From the IMG/VR virus record IMGVR_UViG_3300034069_000448, positions 1 to 42,962 of that record: a DNA stretch of 42,962 nucleotides, one strand, 5' to 3'. Shown here piece by piece: positions 6,204-14,092 of this stretch. Below the pieces are notes generated by a model that was not told where the DNA came from, did not search any database, and worked only from the letters and a program-made list of their open reading frames with translations. The stretch is from a virus. The position numbers and the translations under genes were made by a program. Position 1 is the first letter of the stretch. Each line of letters starts with the position of its first letter.

Positions 6204-6230
6204 GCTCGTCAATAAGAGGTGGCGGGAATA

Positions 6231-6449
6231 ATGCAGGGGATTGCGGAAAAAGCGGTGGCGGATAATGGCGTTCGCATGGGACGCCCGCCGCTTGGCTCGA
6301 CAGCCGCCGACACGAAGAAGACGCACGTCCGCCTGGAAGCGTCGATGCTGGCTGATATCGAGCGGGTGCGAGGGCCGCGAACCATGGCGGCATACCTGCG
6401 CGAAGCCGTTGCCGAGAAGCTGGCGCGGGAGGGCGGGAAGGACGGGTGA
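6231..6449 (+). CDS. Ribbon-helix-helix (CopG/Arc-type) DNA-binding protein, 72 aa
   Basis: GRPPLG...KKTHVRLEASMLADIE...RTMAAYLREAVAEKL matches the typical RHH beta-strand plus two helices. The start could instead be 6219 or 6276. Confidence 0.65.
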   Translation: MQGIAEKAVADNGVRMGRPPLGSTAADTKKTHVRLEASMLADIERVRGPRTMAAYLREAVAEKLAREGGKDG

Positions 6450-6693
6450 CGGTTTGCAATCGCACCCGAAAGTGGCGGAAAACCGTGGCTGGAACGAAGC
6501 GTGAAGATAGAAAACTTGTGAGGACTTCCGCCACCTGAACGCGGATTTGCAGTCCTCTGCGTCACCACTCCGCCATCGGGCCATTTCAACGACTTAGCGG
6601 GAATTTTCGAACCAGTTTTCAGTCCGGTCCAAGGTGGGTTTGCAAACCCCCGCTTGTGTGGTGCCGGCCGAGTGCCCGCGAGCCCACCCACTG
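6450..6693. other. Candidate attP region next to the integrase 3' end
   Basis: The 244 nt are non-coding. They hold a tRNA-Cys-like 5' fragment (6543..6582, - strand), the palindrome gggtttgcaaaccc (6636..6649), and three TTTGCA motifs starting at 6453, 6546 and 6639. Confidence 0.45.
6543..6582 (-). pseudogene. Fragment resembling the 5' two-thirds of tRNA-Cys(GCA): acceptor 5' strand, D-arm and anticodon arm; no T-arm or 3' acceptor strand
   Basis: The minus strand reads GGCCCGA-TG-GCGGAGTGGTGACGC-A-GAGGA-CTGCAAA-TCC. Sequence downstream does not fold as a T-arm. Confidence 0.4.
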
Positions 6694-7683
6694 TCAACTG
6701 ACTTTCGCCATCGCAGCCGCGCTTTGCCGACGCGCCAACAGGTACTTCATGGCCATCTGATAGGTGCGGTGACCAAGCACGGCGGTGATCTCACCGACCG
6801 TGCAGCCGACCTCCTCCATCATGCCGGCCGCTGCATAGCGGAGCCCGTGAGGCGTCCGGTGCGGCATGGCCTCGATAGCCTCTACCGCGTCGCCGATCGC
6901 CTTCCGCATGGCGTTGGCGGTGTACGGCTGGCCGACTGCATTGCGGCAGATGCGGCCCTTGCGGATCGATACCGCGTCCAGCACCTCGCGCAGCCTCGGG
7001 TGGCAGGCGATCGACATGGACTCGCCGGTCTTGGACTGGCGGACGCGGATGTAGTCGCCCTGGTAGGCGGTCCACTGCATCATCGCCACGTCTTCGCCGC
7101 GCTGGCCCGTGTAGAGCATCAGCATGATCGGCAGGCGCAGGAACAACGGCCCTTCCGCAAGGAACAGCGCGATCTCTCGATCCGACCACGGCTCGATCGT
7201 CTCGGCGCGCACCTTAAGCGCTTTGAATTCGGCAGCCGGGTTGTGGCCCTTCTTCACCCGGCCGTCCTCCTGCCCCCACGAGTAGAGACGGCTGACCATC
7301 TGCTTGACCTTGTGTGCCTTGCGCGGGGTGGCGTCGAGGTCGTCTCGTACCGCCTTCACCATCTTGCCTGTGACCAGTCGGTAGGGCTCGTCACCAAGCT
7401 CTGCGATGATGATGTCGAGCGTGCGGTTATAGTCGGTCTGCGTCGGCGTCCGCAGGAGGCGAAACTCGGAACTTGCACGATAGGCGGCGACCAGCGCGGC
7501 AACGCTCGACTCGGCAGGTGCGGCGGCTTCCTTCTTCGCCGTCAGCTCCATCATTTCGCCGTAGCGCCGGTGGAACTCCGCATCCCCGGGCTTGCCGGGT
7601 AGGGCGACATTCACGCCAGCCCGCCGGAAACGCCAATAGCAGCCCTTCACGACGTACGTGTACGGCAGGTTAGCCACGACCAT
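6694..7683 (-). CDS. int: Tyrosine recombinase / phage integrase
   Basis: The C-terminal catalytic region has ...TGQRGEDV..., HGLRYAAAG and LGHRTYQMAMKYL (R..H-x-x-R..Y pattern). The start may be 7683 (MVVANLPYTYV) or 7743 (74-nt overlap with xis). Confidence 0.9.
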   Translation of the reverse strand: MVVANLPYTYVVKGCYWRFRRAGVNVALPGKPGDAEFHRRYGEMMELTAKKEAAAPAESSVAALVAAYRASSEFRLLRTPTQTDYNRTLDIIIAELGDEPYRLVTGKMVKAVRDDLDATPRKAHKVKQMVSRLYSWGQEDGRVKKGHNPAAEFKALKVRAETIEPWSDREIALFLAEGPLFLRLPIMLMLYTGQRGEDVAMMQWTAYQGDYIRVRQSKTGESMSIACHPRLREVLDAVSIRKGRICRNAVGQPYTANAMRKAIGDAVEAIEAMPHRTPHGLRYAAAGMMEEVGCTVGEITAVLGHRTYQMAMKYLLARRQSAAAMAKVS

Positions 7684-7930
7684 TCTTTCGGCGCTCCAGG
7701 AACCGCTTTTCGACGAGCGCAGCTTCCGCTTCTTCGTCGGCATCGTCCAGAGGCTGATCGGCTAGCCGGTCCGCCCAACGGTCCAGATCACGGATGTCGT
7801 ACAGCACGCGCCGGCCGACGCGCCGCGGATCGGGCCCGCGAGTTCGCAGCAGCGTCTTACCGATCGACAGGTATTCCGCCGCCTCAGGCTCGGCCAGGAG
7901 CCTGGGCCAGCGGGCGGCGGCTTGGGTCAC
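7670..7930 (-). CDS. xis: Excisionase / AlpA-family HTH DNA-binding protein, 86 aa
   Basis: LLAEPEAAEYLSIGKTLLRT...GRRVLYDIRDLDRWA matches the HTH_17/AlpA pattern. GTGA overlap start. The gene lies directly upstream of int. Confidence 0.75.
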   Translation of the reverse strand: MTQAAARWPRLLAEPEAAEYLSIGKTLLRTRGPDPRRVGRRVLYDIRDLDRWADRLADQPLDDADEEAEAALVEKRFLERRKNGRG

Positions 7931-8358
7931 CGCCCCTCTCCCTTCGTGTCGGGTAGGAGGCGGATGGCGGTGGCGAGGTTGCGCGCGGTGCGTTCCGAAT
8001 GCGAACCTGTAGGGCACGCCTTGGATTTACGTGCCGCTTCGGCATCGCAGGCCCTCGCCGCGTCCTCCACCCCTCGCCGGTACTCCGCCCCCGGGTGGCG
8101 GAGGGCGGCAAGAGCCGTCTCGGCATCAAGCGCCCGCTGCTCGATTGATTTCCATTCCGGCGAGAACATGCTGTCGCGCGCGAACCGCGGCTCGTGGTCA
8201 AGGCGATGCTCTAGCCAGCCAGCATCATAGGCCTTGCGGACCGCGTCATTGAACATGCCGACCGCGTAGGATTGGCGACCATCTGCATAACGCCGTGCCA
8301 TCCAGTAGATGTCGCGCACGATCTGACGGGCTTCGTCCCGCTCGTCCTGCGGGCTCAT
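7927..8358 (-). CDS. Hypothetical protein, 143 aa
   Basis: ATGA overlap at 8355..8358; track ORF 7927..8364. Confidence 0.65.
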   Translation of the reverse strand: MSPQDERDEARQIVRDIYWMARRYADGRQSYAVGMFNDAVRKAYDAGWLEHRLDHEPRFARDSMFSPEWKSIEQRALDAETALAALRHPGAEYRRGVEDAARACDAEAARKSKACPTGSHSERTARNLATAIRLLPDTKGEGR

Positions 8359-8585
8359 GGGCACACCTGTTGGACACGCGCTACCTGACGTAGCGCCATG
8401 GTGATCCCGACTTGCGTATTAATCGGCGGCACAGGATTGGTCATCAGGCTGCGAATGGCGGACAGCACGTCACCGCGCCGGACAAGGTCGTCATCCGCCT
8501 CGCCGGTGATGGCACGACGCATACGCTCTTTCTCCTCAGCGGGCATATTGCGAAGTCGATGTGTCAACGCTGCGAAATTATCCAT
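8355..8585 (-). CDS. Hypothetical protein, 76 aa
   Basis: The ATG at 8585 overlaps the upstream gene end by 8 nt. Confidence 0.6.
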   Translation of the reverse strand: MDNFAALTHRLRNMPAEEKERMRRAITGEADDDLVRRGDVLSAIRSLMTNPVPPINTQVGITMALRQVARVQQVCP

Positions 8586-8766
8586 GGTCCCGCCCCTCCT
8601 TTGCAAGCAGGTGGGCGTCAGCGAGGCATGGACAGTTGCCGAACCGGCAGCATTTGGAACACAGGGCCATCGGATAAGCCTTCTGATTGCCGCAGTGTGG
8701 GCAGGTGTGCCGATGCCGCCGATGCCCCTTCGCCACCTCCTCGACGCGCTCTGCTTCGCTCGTCAT
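8578..8766 (-). CDS. Cys/His-rich small protein (zinc-ribbon-like), 62 aa
   Basis: ATGA overlap start. Sequence contains HRRHRHTCPHCGN...CSKCCRFGNCPC. Confidence 0.55.
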   Translation of the reverse strand: MTSEAERVEEVAKGHRRHRHTCPHCGNQKAYPMALCSKCCRFGNCPCLADAHLLAKEGRDHG

Positions 8767-9485
8767 GAGGGGGTGCCTTCCGTGAGGGCGGCACGGGCTT
8801 CTTCGGCGGTCGCGTGCAGCGTGTAATCGTAGTCGTCGTCGCTCTGGCGTTCGTCCTTCTCGGCGTCCGACCACACGCGAACAGCGGCGTAGACTGAGGG
8901 CAGCGAGGCGGCTCGTTCAATGCAGACGACACGGCTGACCGCCTCGCCTTCAAGCGCGTAGTCGATCACCTCGTCAGGAGAGAACCTGCACTCGTCCGAA
9001 GAATGATCTCCTTCGGGGTAAAACCATTCGCCGTCCGCGACGCTGGCCGGTGCGGGCGGGGAGAGGGCAGTACCGGCGGCGAAAGCTGCCACTAGCCGAT
9101 CTGCCCCATTCGTATCGACAGCGGCCGGATAGTTGCGCTCGACCCACAGGCGGGCTTCCCGCATAATCTCCCCCGCCTCCCCGTCACCTTGTACGGACGT
9201 GGAAGGTGTGGGGGTCACCGCTTCGTAGGTGGCAGCAAACACATCCGGCTTGATCGGCCAATGCTCGCCATGAACACCGGTCGCGATCCAGTCTCCTGGC
9301 GTGACAACGTGGCCGCCTTCCAACGTCGGGCACCATGGGATGCCTTCGTCTGCATAGCGGTTCCGTACGGTCTTGCGGATTACGGCCGGGTGATCGCCGT
9401 CCTGCCACCATTGCGTAGCTCGAATAGTTGCAGTCTTGCGGTACTCACGGCCCGCCAGCACTTCGGCCTGGGTGGGGTCGGTCAT
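8763..9485 (-). CDS. PGDYG-domain-like protein with a C-terminal extension, 240 aa
   Basis: TLEGGHVVTPGDWIATGVHGEHWPIKPDVFAATYE is paralogous to the product of 19760..20071. ATGA overlap start. Confidence 0.7.
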   Translation of the reverse strand: MTDPTQAEVLAGREYRKTATIRATQWWQDGDHPAVIRKTVRNRYADEGIPWCPTLEGGHVVTPGDWIATGVHGEHWPIKPDVFAATYEAVTPTPSTSVQGDGEAGEIMREARLWVERNYPAAVDTNGADRLVAAFAAGTALSPPAPASVADGEWFYPEGDHSSDECRFSPDEVIDYALEGEAVSRVVCIERAASLPSVYAAVRVWSDAEKDERQSDDDYDYTLHATAEEARAALTEGTPS

Positions 9486-9598
9486 GCGATGATCCACTTA
9501 ATTGCAGCCGCGACGATGAAGACCACCGCAGCAAATAGAGCGAGAGTGCCGACGATCAGGCAGCCGATCGTAGCAGCGGCGTCGTTATGCGGCGCCAT
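9482..9598 (-). CDS. 38-aa single-pass membrane peptide
   Basis: TGATG and ATGA overlaps. Hydrophobic core IGCLIVGTLALFAAVVFIVAAAI. Confidence 0.4.
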   Translation of the reverse strand: MAPHNDAAATIGCLIVGTLALFAAVVFIVAAAIKWIIA

Positions 9599-10086
9599 CA
9601 CCCCTCCCCCTGCTCATTGAGCGCGAGGCGGGTGGGTGCCGAGCGAACGCCCAACGCTGCAACCGGTGCGTAAATGCAGCTTGCCTCATGGCCACCGCCG
9701 CCTACGCCGCATTGCGGACATTGAGCCGGTACATCCCCCGCCCCTTCCGATCCGGGCGCTTCGGTGGGGGAGGCGGATCGGAGACGCTTCAGTTCGTGCA
9801 AACAGAGCGCCAAGCTTTCAGTAAAGCTGACCTCGTTCTCAACTTCACATAGGATTGTGCAATCGCGTTCAAACGCGTCCAATTCTGCTATGGATCGCTC
9901 CAAAGCACTTGAATTAGCCGGGTAGACCTCCCCCGCCCCCGACGTGGCGCGGGCTTCGGCTTGCTGGCGGAGAAGGTTGGCCGCACGATCAAGCGCGACG
10001 GCGGTCAGCGACGACTGCCGCAAGGCACCGTACATCGCCGCACGCTCTTCACAGAGGCGGATCACCGCCACCATCTCACTCGACAT
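9598..10086 (-). CDS. Hypothetical protein, 162 aa
   Basis: Internal ATG of track ORF 9598..10287, overlapping the upstream gene by 11 nt. Confidence 0.6.
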   Translation of the reverse strand: MSSEMVAVIRLCEERAAMYGALRQSSLTAVALDRAANLLRQQAEARATSGAGEVYPANSSALERSIAELDAFERDCTILCEVENEVSFTESLALCLHELKRLRSASPTEAPGSEGAGDVPAQCPQCGVGGGGHEASCIYAPVAALGVRSAPTRLALNEQGEG

Positions 10087-10291
10087 CGGTGGTCTCCCGA
10101 CTAGCGGAGCGCGCCTTTTCCAGCGCGTACAGGCTTTGCGCGGTGGCCGCGTACCGCGAGAAAGCGTCTGCCGTGCGCTCGGCACCCGACCAGCCGCCGG
10201 TGCGCCGACGGTCACGCATGAGACCGGCAGACATTTCGAGACCTCGGTAAAGCCGCCGCAGCTGCTCAAGCATGTCCAAGCCTTCACTCAT
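10076..10291 (-). CDS. Hypothetical protein, 71 aa
   Basis: Track ORF with an 8-nt overlap with the upstream gene. Confidence 0.55.
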   Translation of the reverse strand: MSEGLDMLEQLRRLYRGLEMSAGLMRDRRRTGGWSGAERTADAFSRYAATAQSLYALEKARSASRETTDVE

Positions 10292-10739
10292 CGGTGCTCT
10301 CCTGGGTGCGGGCGCGTAGAGCAGCGGCGCAGATTGCGAGAGGCATCGTTGCAGCTTCGGACGGCTCGGCGGCTTTCGCGCTTCCCCCTGGAGCGATCAG
10401 CGCAGTTGCGCGTCCAACCTTCTCGGGATCGGCCAACGTGCTGTTGACGACGGCGACGAAGTACCCCTCCGGCACCAACGTCATCGCGGCGTCGAGGGAG
10501 GCGGTGAACTCCCCAAGCCGCTGTACCTGCGTCAGAGTGAGCGCTTCCCATCCGCGTGGACGGCCGTCGCGTGTCTCACCGTCGTAGATGCACCATGCTC
10601 CGTTGAACGGTGACATAGCGACGTACGCGGTCGCCGGCGCGAACACGGCGCATCGGATCAGCGCATCCAACTCCCGATCCGCCCCCGTCGCCGCTTCGCA
10701 ACGATCCGCCAGCGCGTCCAAAGCCGTAGGGGCGGTCAC
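10284..10739 (-). CDS. Hypothetical protein, 151 aa
   Basis: GTGA overlap start; track ORF. Confidence 0.65.
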   Translation of the reverse strand: MTAPTALDALADRCEAATGADRELDALIRCAVFAPATAYVAMSPFNGAWCIYDGETRDGRPRGWEALTLTQVQRLGEFTASLDAAMTLVPEGYFVAVVNSTLADPEKVGRATALIAPGGSAKAAEPSEAATMPLAICAAALRARTQESTDE

Positions 10740-10894
10740 GCTGCGTCACCGTTGTGGACGGCATCGTAGCCATCCATCCAGGCGTCGTAGAACATGGTCC
10801 CACGCTCGCGATTGTTAGAAGCGCGCGGCTTTCCGGCCCGAGCGGCTTTGGCCCCAGCCTTGGCGGCGAGGTGGCAGCGATATTCGGGGCTCAT
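10736..10894 (-). CDS. Small Rmf/CrpP-like protein, 52 aa
   Basis: ATGA overlap start. ...AAKAGAKAARAGKPRASNN...FYDAWMDGYDA resembles the ribosome-modulation-factor-like fold pattern. Confidence 0.5.
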   Translation of the reverse strand: MSPEYRCHLAAKAGAKAARAGKPRASNNRERGTMFYDAWMDGYDAVHNGDAA

Positions 10895-11112
10895 GCTGCG
10901 TCACCACGGGGCTTGCCCGCAGCCTCCCAGGAAGCGACGGCCTCAAGCCAGCTTTCCTGCTCGTCCACCAAATACTGCGCCTTGGTGCGCTCTTCCTCGA
11001 TTTCTTCATCGCTCATGGCGTTGAAGTCGGCCGCGTACTCGCGCCACGCTTCCCGCCCCTTCACCGCCCGGCTCCCACGCGGGTGAGGAATGAAAAACGG
11101 CTGTTTTCGCAT
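10891..11112 (-). CDS. Hypothetical protein, 73 aa
   Basis: ATG 1 nt after the NinB stop; tail of track ORF 10891..11187. Confidence 0.55.
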   Translation of the reverse strand: MRKQPFFIPHPRGSRAVKGREAWREYAADFNAMSDEEIEEERTKAQYLVDEQESWLEAVASWEAAGKPRGDAA

Positions 11113-11113
11113 G

Positions 11114-11515
11114 TCATGCGGCGTCCTTTCGAGGCTCGCTCCACCGCACGTCGTGCTTCGCGCCAAACGCGTAGATAAGCTCAACAAGGGCGGAAAATTG
11201 ATCGACGGTTAGGGTCGAGGAGCGCAGGCCGACCGGGAAAGCCCCCTGCCCTTCTAGCGTCGGCAAGAAGCGCATTTCGGTGCCGAGCGCGTTCAGGAAG
11301 CGCAGCTTGAGATCGTCCAGGCTGAACATCGCACAGCCTTCGATCTGCTTCTGTAAATCGGTGAGCATCGGCCACAGCTTGCGGTTCTGTGCGTCCCGGC
11401 GCGTCTCGGCAGCAATCTTGACGACGTAGCCTTGCGGGGCTTGGTCAATCATGCGCTTGGCGTAGGCGCGCTGGGTGTCGCCGGTCAGGCGGACTTGGGG
11501 AAAGGTACTACCCAC
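11114..11515 (-). CDS. ninB: NinB/Orf-family recombination mediator, 133 aa
   Basis: By-eye alignment to lambda NinB: AQNRKLWPMLTDLQKQI against DQNRKLWACLGDVSRQV, and STLTVDQFSALVELIYAFGAKHDVRWSE against SRMRVGEFAELLELIQAFGTERGVKWSD. The GTG start has GGAGG 8 nt upstream. Confidence 0.8.
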   Translation of the reverse strand: MGSTFPQVRLTGDTQRAYAKRMIDQAPQGYVVKIAAETRRDAQNRKLWPMLTDLQKQIEGCAMFSLDDLKLRFLNALGTEMRFLPTLEGQGAFPVGLRSSTLTVDQFSALVELIYAFGAKHDVRWSEPRKDAA

Positions 11516-11858
11516 GCTCAGCCTCCATGGATTGCGCCCACAGCACGTCGGCTGCGGCGAGCAGATCAATGCCGTAGGTCGTTTCGAACCCAGCGTGACC
11601 CAGCGCCTCAACGCTCTCGTGCGGGCCGAACTGGATCATGTGGTGGCGCGGGCAGAGCGGCACGACGCGTTCGTGCGTACGGGTCAGACGCTTGTGACCG
11701 TCGCTGGTGACGTGGTGGACCGTCGAGGGCGAGCCGCACACGAGGCACGGCAGCGCGGCGACGCGGGCGAGGTGACGCCGCTCGACGGCGGTGGATGCCT
11801 TGCGTGGCTTCACCTTCATGGGTGAGCGGCGGAGCAAGGGGGCGGTGCGGGAGGGCAT
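11508..11858 (-). CDS. Ref/DUF968-like HNH-type protein, 116 aa
   Basis: LPCLVCG...VHHV...PLCPRHH matches the Cys/His pattern of DUF968/P1 Ref-like nucleases. TGATG overlap start. Confidence 0.6.
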   Translation of the reverse strand: MPSRTAPLLRRSPMKVKPRKASTAVERRHLARVAALPCLVCGSPSTVHHVTSDGHKRLTRTHERVVPLCPRHHMIQFGPHESVEALGHAGFETTYGIDLLAAADVLWAQSMEAERG

Positions 11859-12592
11859 CACGCGGCCACTTGCTCGGACCAAGCGCGCACGCCAGGCAGA
11901 TCTCGGGCACCGCCACGAACGGCTCGTGCCGCCCACTCGTCAAGGAACGCGGACAGGTCATCCGGCGCGACGCGGGCGATGTGGTTCAGCAGCGCGCGGC
12001 GGTCCTCAACGTCACTGCGCCACGTCGTGCGGAGCGACACGCGGCGGGCCATCCCCTCGCCTTTCGCGCTGGCCGTATCGCGGACTGCGGCAGCGGCTTG
12101 TGCCTCGGCAGCCTTGGCCCGCTCGATCGCTTCATCGCGTGCCTCTACGGCCAGCAGCGACCCCGTGTTCTGTTCCGCCAGCCGCCGCGCTTCGGCCGCG
12201 GCTTCGTCGGCAATGCGGCGGGCCTCGGCTTCAGCCTCGCGCTTCACGCGGTCCTGCTCTTTGAGCCACACGGCCGAGGTCGCCTTCGCCGCTTCCACGA
12301 TGCGGTCGGCATCGGCGATCAGCGGCTTCCACGTTGCATCCACCGCCTTGGCGGCGTCGTCGTGCGGCTTCTTCTCGGTCTTACGATCCGCGTCGAACCG
12401 CTTGCTGGCCTTGCGGGCTGCGTCGAGGATGCGCGCGACCTCGTCGGCCTGCGCGGCGTTCTCGATCTCGGCGCCGTCGAGCCAGTTGCCAGCTTCTAGG
12501 TGGATGTCGGCAAGCTGCTCGCGGGCGGCTTCGACCAGCGTCGGCGCAGGCGGGTTGTTGTCGCCGATCACAGCGTCGCGTGCAGTAGCCAT
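11858..12592 (-). CDS. Ala/Glu-rich coiled-coil protein with an N-terminal GDNNPP motif, 244 aa
   Basis: Track ORF with a TAATG overlap start. From memory, the motif is common in alphaproteobacterial prophage proteins. Confidence 0.7.
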   Translation of the reverse strand: MATARDAVIGDNNPPAPTLVEAAREQLADIHLEAGNWLDGAEIENAAQADEVARILDAARKASKRFDADRKTEKKPHDDAAKAVDATWKPLIADADRIVEAAKATSAVWLKEQDRVKREAEAEARRIADEAAAEARRLAEQNTGSLLAVEARDEAIERAKAAEAQAAAAVRDTASAKGEGMARRVSLRTTWRSDVEDRRALLNHIARVAPDDLSAFLDEWAARAVRGGARDLPGVRAWSEQVAA

Positions 12593-13356
12593 TAGTAGGG
12601 CACCTCATCATCAAGGATGTCGTTGGAGACGGGAGCCGGCACCGGCTTGTCGGGCTGCTTGGCGATCCAGCGTTTGCACTGATCGAACATGCTGGCGGGC
12701 ATGTTCTTCACGGCGTCGATCCCGCCCACCTCGCAAAGGCGGCGCGCGTCGATGCCCTTAGCCGTGGCGAGCGTCATCAGCATGCCGCGCTGGTCATCAG
12801 TGATGATGTCGGACGCCGGCTGCTCGCGAGGCTGCTCGCGACGGGCTTCCGGCTCGTGCCGTGGTGCGGCATCGTCGAAGCCGCCGAGCGGCACCTCCTC
12901 CGCCGGCGTGGTCGCCAGTCCCGCCTTCATCATCACGACGACGTGGGCGAAGGCTGAGCGGCCAGCGCGGCTGATAGCGCGGGTCTGTGCCATGGCGCGG
13001 ATCGCATAGTCGGCGCGCTTGACGTGGGTCTTGCCGCGTCCATCCCGGCCACCGAACCACACCGGTTCATCCTCGCCGACGAACCCTTCGGCCGTGGCGA
13101 TCACCTGCCCGTCGACCATACGCCTGATCTCGCCGATCGCGCGTACCCCGCCGTCAACCCGCTCCACGTCGCGCGCGCTGGCGGTGCAGCCGTGGGCGAT
13201 AGCGATAGCCTGCCACCCCTCGACGCAGACGTACTTTCGCCCCTGAATGGTGGTTGCCGATGCGACGACAATCTCTTTGCAAAGCTCGGCGGCATCGGTG
13301 GAGGCGCGATACGCCTCGACGTTGCTGGCTGGCTCGATGACGGTCAAAGCGTTCAC
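12592..13356 (-). CDS. Putative single-strand annealing / recombination protein with an SSB-like acidic C-terminal tail, 254 aa
   Basis: The GTG start is preceded by AAGGA. AIRAMAQTRAISRAGRSAF resembles the conserved helix of Erf/RecT-type SSAPs. The C-terminus DILDDEVPY resembles the SSB tail DDDIPF. Confidence 0.5.
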   Translation of the reverse strand: MNALTVIEPASNVEAYRASTDAAELCKEIVVASATTIQGRKYVCVEGWQAIAIAHGCTASARDVERVDGGVRAIGEIRRMVDGQVIATAEGFVGEDEPVWFGGRDGRGKTHVKRADYAIRAMAQTRAISRAGRSAFAHVVVMMKAGLATTPAEEVPLGGFDDAAPRHEPEARREQPREQPASDIITDDQRGMLMTLATAKGIDARRLCEVGGIDAVKNMPASMFDQCKRWIAKQPDKPVPAPVSNDILDDEVPY

Positions 13357-13486
13357 GCTGCGTCCTTTCGAACAGGAAGAATGAGAGAGGGCCGGTCGCT
13401 GTCGCGCAGGGGCCACACGGGTCCGGAGCCGTCCGGGCGCATCCGCTCGGAGCGGCGCAGCACGTCGCGGTAGGAAGGCGCGGTCT

Positions 13487-13597
13487 TCACAGCAGCACCA
13501 ACGTGATGACAAACGCGGCGACCAAAGCGAGCGCGGCCCAGTCAGCAACGGCGTTCGCAGCTAACTGCGTGAGGATGCTGGCGGACGAGCGGGTCAT
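13487..13597 (-). CDS. 36-aa hydrophobic peptide
   Basis: ATGA overlap with the upstream stop. Translates as MTRSSASILTQLAANAVADWAALALVAAFVITLVLL. Confidence 0.3.
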   Translation of the reverse strand: MTRSSASILTQLAANAVADWAALALVAAFVITLVLL

Positions 13598-13881
13598 GCG
13601 TCACCGCCCATCTTGCGGGTCGCTGCAACGGTGCTGCCATCTGGCATGAGGACCGAAACGGTGCCCTCGCCCTTGTCGTCGTCCGTCCAGCTTGCACCGG
13701 CCAACGGTTGCATCTCCATCTCGCCCACAAAGGCGCCGTTGAAGATATTTATCACGCCGAGCACGCGCCGAACTTCGCCGAGGATCATTGGCAGTTCGGC
13801 TAGGAAGCGCGGCAATGCCTCCTCCGGAATAGCTGCCATGTCGGCGAGCGTATCGATCGGGTACTGAGCGGCCTCAGACAT
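13594..13881 (-). CDS. Hypothetical protein, 95 aa
   Basis: Internal ATG of track ORF 13594..14001, overlapping the upstream gene by 8 nt. Confidence 0.6.
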   Translation of the reverse strand: MSEAAQYPIDTLADMAAIPEEALPRFLAELPMILGEVRRVLGVINIFNGAFVGEMEMQPLAGASWTDDDKGEGTVSVLMPDGSTVAATRKMGGDA

Positions 13882-14092
13882 GTGCAATCTCCCCCATGTC
13901 CCCAGCCGGCAGCGGCAGAAACCGACCAGCACCGTCACGGGCACGGGGTGCGGTGAACTTGGCGAGGCGGGCGCGAAGGGTCGCGATGGTGCGGCCGTCA
14001 ACCTCGTGCATGTCGCGGTAAGTCGCGAGACTGTCGGCGAGGAAAGCGCGCTCCCGCTCCAAGGCGTCGTACTTCTTACGGGTGACGAGCAT
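13874..14092 (-). CDS. Hypothetical protein, 72 aa
   Basis: TGATG overlap start; track ORF. Confidence 0.55.
   Translation of the reverse strand: MLVTRKKYDALERERAFLADSLATYRDMHEVDGRTIATLRARLAKFTAPRARDGAGRFLPLPAGDMGEIAHV

Noticed and set aside
6518-6585. Calling a complete tRNA-Cys gene on the minus strand
   Set aside because: After the anticodon stem, the sequence (gcgttcaggtggcggaagtcctcac) forms no T-arm, and no 3' acceptor strand complementary to GGCCCGA is present. Only a 5' fragment exists.
7684-7743. Longer integrase N-terminus starting at 7743 (MPTKKRKLRSSKS...)
   Set aside because: It would overlap the excisionase gene by 74 nt, far more than any other junction. The ATG at 7683 gives a 14-nt overlap. 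The long form is kept as an alternative and is not excluded.
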